A stretch of 64,000 nt of DNA, taken from positions 86,180,001 to 86,244,000 of the forward strand of contig OZ260663.1 in assembly GCA_965285935.1 (NCBI GenBank), read 5' to 3'. Origin of the DNA: Ophelia neglecta. Taxonomy: Eukaryota. The notes under the pieces were generated by a model. That model saw nothing but the letters and a program-made list of their open reading frames with translations. It was not told the DNA's origin and did no database searches. The number at the start of each line of letters is the position of its first letter. The stretch's first letter is position 1. Made by a program: the position numbers and the translations under genes. Below, one piece after another: positions 51,020 through 62,145 of this stretch.

Positions 51020-51173
51020 CAGGGAAACCTGTAAATTAAGACCACCATAGGGAGCGGAGGTATGTTTAGACAGGTAATTTAACATTGAAAGTATACAGCA
51101 AAATCTTCATACTGGTGGTCTGAATTGACAGGTGGTCTGATTATAGAGGTGGTCTTTAAGGCAGGTTTCACTG
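51020..51173. mobile_element. MITE of the CAGTGAAACC/AGACCA family (internally shortened)
   Basis: TA|CAGGGAAACCTG...CAGGTTTCACTG|TA. Confidence 0.8.
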
Positions 51174-51279
51174 TATATAGTATTATGTAAACATATCTCG
51201 TGCTTCAATTTATCCTTTCAGAGGCAAAACTCTTTGACGAGAATTTAAGAAAGACTTCCTGAATCATGGCATGAAAATG

Positions 51280-51415
51280 NNNNNNNNNNNNNNNNNNNNN
51301 NNNNNNNNNNNNNNNNNNNNNNNNNNNNNNNNNNNNNNNNNNNNNNNNNNNNNNNNNNNNNNNNNNNNNNNNNNNNNNNNNNNNNNNNNNNNNNNNNNNN
51401 NNNNNNNNNNNNNNN
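51280..51415. other. Assembly gap (136 N)
   Basis: Run of N. Confidence 1.
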
Positions 51416-54400
51416 GATTTACCTATAACTAGTTGTATATTAAGCGTTTAAAAGCAGGCGGTAAGCTTTTGCAAACGATCGAGTTAAAACTTTAAAGTCA
51501 TAGCCCCGCCACCGCTATTCTGTTGCGATATGTGTGGTCGACAAAAAACTTGCAGCTTGGGCTAAGTCCTAAATATATGTGTTCAATTTTAACAAATACA
51601 CTTGGATTTGTATATCTGAGAGATGAACAAATAGAGTTATGTGTACTTCGTGGTTTGTGGGTGGCTCAGGGCCAGTGTTTGCCAAAAGAATAGTGCCAAG
51701 GACAACCTTGTTTACGTTGTGGAGTGATCGTAATTTTGTTACAAGTCCTCACACGTTTGCTGTTAACGGTAGAAAATTTGTTTGCGACAGAAAATCGAAT
51801 TCGTCCTTCTTTCAGATTTTATCTATCTGAGAAAAATGTCACAAATTTGATATAATTAAGCAATATTAGGAATAATTATTGTTTGGTTAGCCACTTAGCA
51901 ACATATTTACAGAGGGAAAACAAAAAAGCCTATCAAATTGGGAGTATTGTTACTAGCCAGAATATGGTTTGATCCATTTCACGCAATCCGTTCACTAAGG
52001 ACACGTCAAACTAATAACATTTTCCAATCTCAACATTCTCAAGTTATTGCTGACTCAAATCGTATTTACTCAGAAACGCAACAGTGCTGCGAAGCAGCTC
52101 AACGATGTGTCCTCGTTTGCGCAAATACTCAAATATGCGCGCCCTACACCGGAGCCCTCCAGGCTTACAAACAACAGATGGCGCTCTCGAAACAAGATGG
52201 CGACGGTGAAGTGCCCTCGTCTGCTCCCGAGAACCGAAAATATCTGTTCCTCGTCAAAGCGGATGCGGAGTGAAAATCTGTTTACCTCCATTTTGTACTC
52301 TGTAAAACATATATGTAAGGGCTTGTTGATGCATTGTTTTTTTTTGGGACTATGTCCTAATTATTGTAAATTATTTTATTTCAACGTTGACTATCCGGTG
52401 GACATAATACGCATAGCTATTGCACGAATATGAAAAATACACGCATTGATATAATCCGATTAACTTATACGGTTAAAAAATTACATTTAACCTTATCATT
52501 AATGTGATTATATATCATTTAATAACTGTGCTGTGTAATTTTCCAGGCCCCTTGCCTTAAATAAATCCGCCCCACGCTTTTCACAGTAACTCCAAATTTG
52601 ATTTAAGGAGGCTGAGGGTTGCTATCGATTAGATCTCCATAGCGAGTGACTTGGAGAGGGTAGTGGGTTGGCAGCTGGGGAACATATGGCCTGCTCTTCA
52701 CTGGCGCTGGGGAATCGCTGTGGGGGATGAAAGCCTGAAGAGGCCACAGGTACACAGCAGAGCGCGGAACCTGACATATGTGGAGGACGAAAAACGGCTT
52801 CTGATAAATGTACATGCCATAGTCTGCCTTGCCTAAATATTAACACACACACACCCACCCCCCTCCCTCGCCCTCCCAATCACAGCCATGCATTCAGCTG
52901 ACTACCATATATAGTAATAACATTAGAACACTAAAACAAGGTACTCGCTCGCTCCTATACGGTCGCTCAGACCAAACTATTCCATCCGTACCGTCGTTCT
53001 CTTTTTCTCCGGACGTCCATTTCTAAATCTTCTGTATTACACCCTGTCGCGTATCCCTGCCATTTCCGATTTCTGTACTTCTTTGTCAGTCAGTAACTTA
53101 ATCTCCACATGTTTTTCTTCATCTGGTTTGTATCCCCATTTTAAATTTTTTGCCCCTGTTCCACAAAAGTCTTCTTCAATTTCTACTTTAAGCCTTTCTA
53201 TTTTTCGGCTTGGCGTTTCTATCCCCATTGTCTCGTCTCATTTTCCCGACTTTCCCCAGTAATGTTTAGAAACATTATTTCCATCGTTTCAATGCCTATA
53301 CGGTTATTTCTGTTCAAATCTATTTTTCTCTCTCCATATCTTTAAGTCAAACCACTATGTACCTTAATTTCTATTCGAATGGTGGCGACGTCTGTAGGCG
53401 ACAGTCTATAATATATTTTTAAAGTTTTATATCAGTACAATCACTATCACAAGAGTATAGAACAAAGTTGTGTTTAGAGGAGTACACTTGTTATATTTTG
53501 AATAGTTTCAGATAAAACATATATCTATATTTTATGTAAGGTATCTTTATACCACATTAGTGTTTATTGTTTAAATCAAGTGAACCGGGTGTCCTTTATT
53601 AAGCATAGAATGGCAAAACCTTAAGCACATTTATTTTACGGCCCATCTTCATTATATATTTATATCTATCCCAAATCTCTCCGGCTTGATCTGTGTGTTT
53701 TAATACCGTAAATATGTAAGGAAACTCATGTTGCCGGTTTTGTCTTAACTTTTCGACATTTTCATCCAGTCGGATATTCCTTGTTTTGCTATCATTATGC
53801 TCTCGCATCCATCCGTTTCTTCTCTTACACATGGCTGATACCGTCCTCAGCCTTTGTTCGCACTATACCCTTTTCGTCCATTACCATTCCTTTCAATCTG
53901 ATCAGGATAAGTCGACACATCACGCCAGGAGGCCTGTTATCCTAAGCGGCCAGAATGGGTGCGTGCTAGCCGAGAGCTGAGCTACTTTACGGATGTCTCT
54001 ACTAATCTGGATCTGTCACAATTCGATTAGTTTTATCAGCGAGAAAGGCGTTTGTAACGCCTCTCGCTATCCTCATTGAGCCGACGGCTTAGACAGCACA
54101 CTGAGGGGGCTTTTGGTTCTTCTCAGCGTGATGTCCAAATAAAATATGTATTGTCTTTATCTCATAAGCCCTATTTTTTATGTACACTAAACTAAAGCGG
54201 ATATTTCAATTATCTTTCTTCTTCTATATAGTATTAATCATGTGATTTCTGAAGATTGTGCCCTAAGACAAGCATAAGATAAGAATATATACTGCTGGCT
54301 GCTCAGATTACTGCATATTCTTCGGCTAAAAATCCTCGGACATTATAAACCCAAGACCAGTCAATCCTATTTCACTGAACAGAAATCTGCTCGAATCTTG

Positions 54401-57400
54401 CAGCTGGTCCCTTTTTGCTATACATCAACATAGAAAAAAACACTGTTCAAACAATGGGCTTGTTTGAGTCTTGTCGGAATGAAACCAGCAAAATTTAGCT
54501 TATAAACAGAAAAGGGAAGAATGCATATAGGTGTTGGTTGTACTGTGGATGAAGTTTTCTCCTTTAACGCGGCACACCCATGCATACTAAGTCACAGTAT
54601 AGGATAGTACATTCCCCGCATGAACTCGGCGGCATTCATTACGGGAGCATTATTTGATCCGTTATCTCCGACAGAAAATTACCATTGTCGGAATATTGCC
54701 TCTGGATAATGGCTTGCACCGAATTGGAAGCCCTATTAGGGCGAAGCTGAGCTATTTTGATTGTCAAATTGAGCGAACTGCACACGTATGGCACAATATT
54801 GGATGTTGGCCCGGGCGATAAGCATGATGGGGTGTAATTTGAACGGGGTGAGTTTTGTAACCGTCGAGTAATGACTGACAATATCATGTGACTCATGTGT
54901 TCATGGCTGAGGCCTGATTGTGAAATAATTTGTGCTGTGAGTAGAAGAATTCACCAAACAAGTGTCTTTTTATCCACAGTTATTTGTATTTAGTCAACGG
55001 ATGATAGGGAACATGATACGAAAATAAATGCTAGTGCTGTATAATAAACGTGTGTACGAGGATGTCAAACAAGACAGTAAGAAATGGATGTGCCCCCCCC
55101 CCCCCCTTTGTACACAATTAAAGTGGTAGCGATAGGTTCTTTCGAATTTTAAACAGCGGAAAAATCCGAAAAGTGTGTTTTGGAAATCGTTTCGTGACAG
55201 CTTTTTCGAGAGAAACGGGCATAAAGTAGGGGTCATTTCGACATATAATGTCATTTTAAACATTTCAAGGTTTTCCAAACCTGCTCACTTAAATTTTGGA
55301 ACTCAGCAGTTTGCCCAGTTGACCTTGAAATTATATGCCAAGGACATAATTCCTATGCACCATGAGCTGCGTGCGGTTTCCTACATGCTCTCGATGATTT
55401 TCTTAACTCTGAGTGCTAAATTTAAGGCAGGAAATCACTGTATTGCTGAATCGAAATTGAAATTTTATTGCAAGTCAAATTCAAGGTCAGCACATAGTTA
55501 AGATTCAAAGAACTCTTTTCCTGTAGGAAAGCTTCTGCGGTGGGGTGCAGCGAGATAAAATGGTGACATAGGGTTTATTTATATAAGAGCAGACGACGGC
55601 AGACGGTCGAAGTTCTGGACGCTGGGTGTGCGTGGTCCCTGAAGATACCGATGATGATCACCCTGGTGGCAATTAGGGAAGTTAATAGACTCCCATCTGT
55701 GCCAGTCCTACACATCTGCGAGCCCTCAAATCCTCTTCATTTGGTCATTTTTACAATCTGTCAAATTACAAATGTCCTCCGTAATTGGCCCGAGTCACGT
55801 GGGCACATGCCATGGGCAGGTTATTTACTTATGCTTATTGGAAAAAAGCAAATGAAACTGCTAGACAGGAGGCAATTTCTTTAAAAGCTACCAATGGCAT
55901 TGTGCCAGTTACTAGAAGCAATATTCTGAGTGCTCGTCCAATCCAGCAGATTGGTGCTTCCATATTATACCAATCATAGTTCAGAGAGCTCTTTTTTCAA
56001 CCTCTTGATGTCAACCGTAAGATTCTGCTATATGACTTTTGCAGCTACATAGTCCATATGAAAATTATTGCACAAATGCCAAACGACAATCATGTAATAA
56101 CTAAACACGCCATACGTGTCCTCATGAGCAAAATGTCTACAACGAATGCAGAATTTCGTTCATCGGACAGTTTCATTCGAGGCACCTAAGAATCTCATTT
56201 GTGGACAACTGGCGTTATTTAGTTATTCCACATCTATTAACTCATTGACATGCCTCTACCGATATACGGGTCGACAGCTGAATGTCCCGCAGGCCGAAAA
56301 CACGGAAAAGCTCTCCAAACACACAATGACATTACAGCCAACTTGGTTTCCGTCTGACGGAGCAATGCGCTGTTTCGATTACTCGGTCCATTCTCCCTTG
56401 GTCGACTCGGGGGATGTACCGGGCTTTCTGCCCGGTCCCATCTGGCTCCGCAATCAGTTAGTTTGTTCAGCTGATAGAAGCATTGATGGAAATCACAGAG
56501 GGAAATTCAAAGCGATGGAGATGAGAGGAGGGGGGGGGGATCATAATATTTTGGTCTCTGTATCCCTTCCAGTGAGGGCTGTAACCCATAATATATGTAC
56601 ATATACATAGTGCAGAAAAGCAATGTTGCAGATGAACATTTCAGATCCGGGACTGCAGACGACACCGTTCAGCATGTGTTCATGGTTTTCTTGATTCGAA
56701 CAAGTTACGTGCAACTGCTTTACCTCAATTCTACCCAAATTAACCCCACCAAGCCGTCCCCCTTACGTGACTTTCCAGTCACTTAGCCCTTCCAACCCTT
56801 TGCTTTCCCTCCCTCCATGCCTCTCCCCACCAAACAACTCCCCTCAAACTCAGTACTACCCCCCCCCCCCCTCCCGCTTGATAGAAACCAAACCATAGCC
56901 TCCGGGACCATTTCTATTGCCTACTGCATCTGATATTCATGATTATCATTTCACATCTAGACAGCTTCGTGTTCTAATATCAGAGAGTTTCCCCGGAGAT
57001 TTCTTGTAATATTGCCTCTAATTCCTGTTTTGATATGAATCCCGCCCCTAGAGAGCACAAAGCCCGGGCTATGAAACCATACACTCGTTTATTTAGACTC
57101 TAGTTCATTTATTTTGGTTGCTAAATATCCAAATCAAACAAGCGAGCTGCGGGTTCTACAAGTGCCTCTTTGAAGAGGGTTTACTAGCATTTACTTGGTA
57201 TCTTAGGGTCACCATCAGCTATTGATTATTATTACAGCTGTTTCTGTATTTCTGGTTATATTTCGTCCATATAGGCCTATTTAACCAGGTTATAAGAAGC
57301 AGCGTTAGTTGCAAGTTACATCGAAAGTGATATTATGCAATGTGTAGGACGGGGTTGTAATAAGGTGTCTTAGCCAGTGGGAATATAACATTAAATTACA

Positions 57401-57589
57401 AAGGGGAGAAGGATTAGGGAGTATGTCTCAGATTAAACAAATATGTATTGAATGATCCTGTTCTTCTGAAGTTAATTTTAATATATCTGTGGGATATGCA
57501 AGTAACTTTTTTAACGTAACTCAAGTTATTAGTTTCGTCGTACTGTGTATTTTTCGTAGTTTAAACAAAAGAAAAGAATGCAAGTATTT

Positions 57590-58455
57590 GGTTTAGAGTT
57601 GAGTTTGACATTTTATTCATTTTACTCGACGGTACAAAATAAATCATGTTCGACTTATGATAGTCGTAACACTATAACAATACTGCAAAAGTATAATTGC
57701 AATCATTTCAGCACGCATGCGCACGTCAACATTCTTTCCACACGACACAAATTCATTCTAACAAACAACACATTAGCAATAAAGTTCAAATGAGGGACTA
57801 CAAAAACGCCATTGTCTGTACATTTTGTTCGGATGCTCGCAGTACCTAAGGTAGTCACAAAAAGTTAAAATGTAAAAGATTTGAATTAAAAGCCAATGCA
57901 CGACTAAGCGACCATGTTACTTGCTCACTTTCGAAGCCAATGATTAGGCCTATAGCGAAATCCTTATCGTTCTGTTTGCGAGTCACGCTTCACATTTCTC
58001 TCTATTAACATGAGATAATGTGATCCGAGTCGTATTTCTCAGCCTATCGCATGTAAAACAGCTATCTGGGTTTACCAGCTCGGCTCGCTCCGTGTGAGTG
58101 CCATAGTTAATTAATAAATGTCACAAAATATCAGTCATATCCGGGCACAAAGAATCCGGGCACCGCATGATGGCATTAGACGAACGCCGTTCTGTACACG
58201 TGTGTTCGCTGAAACATAATATCCGAGGAGGGTGTGCCGGCAATCCGATCTTCTAACTACCCGCGGGCGGAGATTTCCACTTCCGGTTAGCGTCAGGGGT
58301 CACAGAGGTGATGAACGCGGCCTCCAGGGGTCAGCACTGCGTGACATTGTGGTCATGGCGATCTGTCACAGTCCACACGATAACATTAGCCACGAACAGG
58401 TGCAGAACGGGTGCACGTGACAGCTTCGATCGATTCAAGGTGCAGTGCTCTCCGT
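57590..58455 (-). other. Id: Predicted non-coding exon 3 (3'UTR) of the Id gene
   Basis: Acceptor TACTGAT...CTTTCATTCTTTCAG| (AG at 58457-58456). AATAAA at 57617-57612 with a U-rich element at about 57580-57561. The cleavage site is approximate. Confidence 0.55.
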
Positions 58456-59154
58456 CTGAAAGAATGAAAGTGGTAAAATCAGTAAAAGCAACCAGATTAA
58501 AAAAGAAAAACAAACATGTCAAGTCAAGAGAACTGCTATTAAAACGACAATTGGTAGCAGAGAATAATCCATGATCGATGGAAGTGCTCAAGCTATTAAA
58601 TAACTTAATCGTTAAACGCCCGCAGCGTAAAATGGCCAGATAATTGCCATTATAATTTTCAGAAGGCAATATAAACCGCTATAACAATCAGGAGATTGGA
58701 CTTGAAGTTGACACTTCAACCGCGTCTAATATGGTGCTGTCAGTTTTAAAATTTGCCAGGTGTAAGGATCACGACTTCCGCACAGGTGTCCAAACATTAA
58801 AACTAACTACTGGTTTATTGTTTTCATCATAACGGGCATATTGAAACCGACCGGAAATGATATGAACTGGTTTGCATGTTCACCATCCAAGGTGCGTTTG
58901 ATCTTACAACAATAGAGCACCAGAACAATGTGAACTACCAACAACTCTCCTCCCTCTCTCTCTCCACTTGCATGATGGCGTTCAGGTAACGTGTAATTAT
59001 CCAACCAAATATCTCATATTTATTATAAAATTTTGTTATACAAACTGAGCAAAATGTCCATAATATTAATGAAAAGTACATGAAATTCATTACAATATAC
59101 GCTATTATTTACCTGCTGAATATTAAATTTCCTAGTTGGCTCTTCATTTCACCA

Positions 59155-59217
59155 CTAGCAGAAGGAGGGTCGGGAATCACTATCGGTGTCCATTTCTTCG
59201 TCTCTGGGCGAGTGACT
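59155..59217 (-). CDS. Id: Id/extramacrochaetae HLH protein, coding exon 2 (SHSPRDEEMDTDSDSRPSFC*)
   Basis: Strong acceptor TTTTATTTTTTCAG| in phase 0 with exon 1. The C-terminus resembles the acidic, Cys-ending tails of vertebrate Id proteins. A CAG|GTAAAT donor follows at 59113/59112. Confidence 0.8.
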   Translation of the reverse strand, partial: SHSPRDEEMDTDSDSRPSFC

Positions 59218-59896
59218 CTGAAAAAATAAAACGAAATAATTAAAAATGTGTTTTTTTTTATTTAATAAAAGTTATCACTAAATACTTTCAAAAGATATCT
59301 TCCTTTGATTAAATTTATGATAGATTTTTTTAACAGTGTCCCAGATTCCTGTATTTAGTCAGAATGAGAGCCTATTTACATTAACATAAAGTTTCTTTGC
59401 TAAACCAATTATATAAATAGTGAAATGTGAAACGCAGTGAAAACAATTTTGTTTTGAAATACCATAGACCTACAGGAGGCTGCTTTTATAATATATTACG
59501 TAGCTGAGCTTTTACTAAACTGACGTAACAGACGCCGAGGCCTGCAAACTGTGGCAAATATCGGTTTGAGTAAAGAGCATCGCCAGAATTATTCCCATTA
59601 AATCTCTAGCTGAATTTCCAACGTTCATAAGAAAATATATTTTAATAACCATAGCATTGTAACGGCGGTGCGTTCTCCCTATAAAATATAATTGACTGTC
59701 ACGTGTTCCGGGCCTTCATGTCAAACTGGCTGCTGAGATAAATTCCGAAGTTATCTTTTGGCGCCGGTCTTTCCGACATTTGTTTTAACTATCCTGTCAG
59801 AACGGGCATTTGATTCCTCAGAACAAGTGCCACACTAGAAATCTCCAGCCAGGCTGTAACTGTTTAGAGATACTTCCAGGTTATCGCTGGCGGGCG

Positions 59897-60285
59897 CAGG
59901 GCCGTAGGAAGGTATTTTAAAGTGGTGCGGCTGATCCCATATCACCACGAGCGTGAATAAATAAAGTGCGCCCCAGAGCCCCCCCCCCCCCCCCCCACAG
60001 CAAAATTTAGGCTTGATTCGATATCATTTTATGCACAGGATCATCTTATTTTGACATGTTTATATTATTAGAAAAAGCGATTCAAGACAAAAATGTATTT
60101 ATTTATCATTTACGATTACACCTAATAAATCGATTTGACGTCATTCGTATCTCCGTGACGCTCCCTGTTTTGGTAGGCATTGCCCATGCGCGTTTTTGAG
60201 TCCATTCGAGTTTTGAACACAAGGATCTGGACAAAAAAGTGGTGCGGTCATGGCCGGTAGAGCCGCTATGGTTCCTACGGCCCTG
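59897..60285. mobile_element. Non-autonomous DNA element in Id intron 1
   Basis: 14-bp TIR CAGGGCCGTAGGAA / TTCCTACGGCCCTG, AAAGTGGTGCGG near both ends, and a poly-C tract. No recognisable TSD. Confidence 0.7.
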
Positions 60286-61080
60286 CCCCCGGATTCAATT
60301 ACCAGCCAACACAGTTCCATCTATCAACGCACACCATCCTGACAGATCTTGTGAAAACAAAACCCCATCAACTGCGTGTAGGAAGCTACAATCGACAATA
60401 CACACACAGTACCCACGTTTGGTGAAATCCAGTCCGTTCAAGCTGTTACAACCATGAAGTCCTGTATAAAGCTACTAACCCTGAATATTTGGCCTAAATT
60501 AAATGCTTCTTCTTGACAGTGAATCCCGTTTTAAAGAAAAATCTCAATCTTTAATATTGCCACTCGCCTTTCAACTCAACGTTGCCTTGGTGACCACTCA
60601 AAGCCCGCTGCACTAATGAATATTCCTTAGTGGTCGGAACATGACCTAGCACGAAGGAATTTTTCACGCTAATCGTGGATAATTTATTCAACATGAACGC
60701 TCGGTGGGAGTGAAATTGAGTGAAAATGCCAACTCGCAGCGTTGTGATATAAATTCGAATATCTAAACATCTTTTTCGGGTGTGTGGTGTGTATTCTACC
60801 CGTAATGTGACCCGGGGAGGGAGAGATTTGATTGATTTGAACCAGTGCAGTGATACGGGTCCCCACTGGGCCTGTATCCGTCAGTGCTATACGCCAAGCA
60901 CCTGCCAGACTCGCTGGCGTCAGCTGAGAATGTTCGGAATCTGCCCGAGGAAAATTGACTTGGCTTACAAAAACAACCCTAATTTCTAAGTTTCTATTGC
61001 TATCCACCCCAAATTTTAACAGCATCTAGCGAAAATATTAGTTCTTCATTCGATCTCATTGTATTTTTGATTATCCTTAC

Positions 61081-61425
61081 CTGACTTAGATGAGATGTGT
61101 TTAATTGTGAGCTTTCAGCGAGAGGTCTTCGCTCTGTTGCCGATGAACACGGTGGTAGGAGTAGGGGAGCCACTGCCTTGACTGTGGGATGACAATCCAG
61201 GGTTAGCTCCAGGTCCATTATATAGTCTATAACGTGCTGAAGAAGCTGGACCTTGGACAGCTTCTTGTTTTGGGGAATTGAGGGAACTAACTCTCGGAGC
61301 TTCAGGAAACATTCGGCCATTTCCTCCTCTCCGTTCTCAGGTCGATTCTTGCCTACACGGAACTGATCAATGGCCATTCCGAAATCCGGGACTCGTGCCT
61401 GGCAAACCTTTGTCTGGGCCTTCAT
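61081..61425 (-). CDS. Id: Id/extramacrochaetae (inhibitor of DNA binding) HLH protein, coding exon 1; 135 aa after splicing
   Basis: Starts MKA in context [49 protein letters not shown] has no basic region. D-box-like [11 protein letters not shown]. Donor CAG|GTAAG at 61081/61080. Confidence 0.95.
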
Positions 61426-61537
61426 TTTGACCAGAAGATGCGTGAATTTATCCACAATAAACAGGTAAATATCCAATAGTTTCACCGGTAGTATCAGGGC
61501 GTGCGTGGTGATCTTGTCTGCTGGTGGTTTGGATCGC

Positions 61538-61681
61538 AACTGACAGCTGAGATGTAGTCTGCCCGTTTAAATAGGCATGCTCGCTCGGCGAAAGATAGCT
61601 CCGCCCTCATTAACTATGAACGCTAGCCGCCATCTTGGATGCACCTGCTAGACCAATCAGCGCGCAGCTGGGAATGCCAAT
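61538..61681 (-). promoter_or_regulatory. Id core promoter
   Basis: TATTTAAA (61573-61566) lies 32 nt upstream of Inr TCAGTT (+1 at 61541). YY1 motif CCGCCATCTT (61627-61636); CCAAT boxes at 61653 and 61677. Confidence 0.75.
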
Positions 61682-62059
61682 CACTGAAGCCGTAATAAAC
61701 ATCATAAACATTCTGGCGGCTTGTGTTTACACGCTTTACACGCAACGCTGGACACAGATGTCTATTACAAGGAAAACCACAAAATGATTTGCGGCTTGTT
61801 TAGATTTCAAACCTTCAATTATACTTTACAAATTAGCATTGGGACTGGGAATTGAAAATCCTCAGGGCTCTGTATGTCGAAATAAGCCCTGGAAACCTTT
61901 ATACATATTGCAAGTGTTAACCAGATGTGTGTAGCTGGTATATAGAAACCTTATATCAGATAGAAGAGTCGGCAAGATCGGATTTGTGTGTTTATCACCT
62001 GACATTGCCATCGCCACACTGACAAGCAGTCACCTGTACGTCGTAATCTCACCAGCTCG

Positions 62060-62145
62060 CGACAGTGCGGCGCCACGTGCGTGACGTCACCCATTCACGG
62101 CCTCTAGCTGGTATATCTCGCTGGCGCCACGATGTCTGGCGGCGG
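62060..62145. promoter_or_regulatory. BMP/Smad-responsive enhancer module of Id (Smad-CRE-Smad)
   Basis: GGCGCC-N5-GTCTG (62123-62138); CRE TGACGTCA (62082-62089); E-box CACGTG (62074-62079); second GGCGCC (62069-62074) followed on the minus strand by N5-GTCG. Confidence 0.8.

Noticed and set aside
51416-52500. Possible long-TIR DNA element next to the gap, with ORFs at 51938-52433 and an AAGATGGCG motif
   Set aside because: End similarity is weak, the left end is lost in the gap, and the ORFs have no recognisable domain.
56146-56610. 154-aa + strand ORF
   Set aside because: No motifs or splice support, and it runs through a poly-G tract.
59755-59775. GGCGCC with adjacent GTCT in Id intron 1 as a second BMP element
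   Set aside because: The spacer is 1 nt rather than the 5 nt required for the bipartite element.
61426-61539. N-terminal extension of Id in the ORF track (179 aa)
   Set aside because: Begins at TTG at the predicted TSS; the family-typical start is MKA at 61425.
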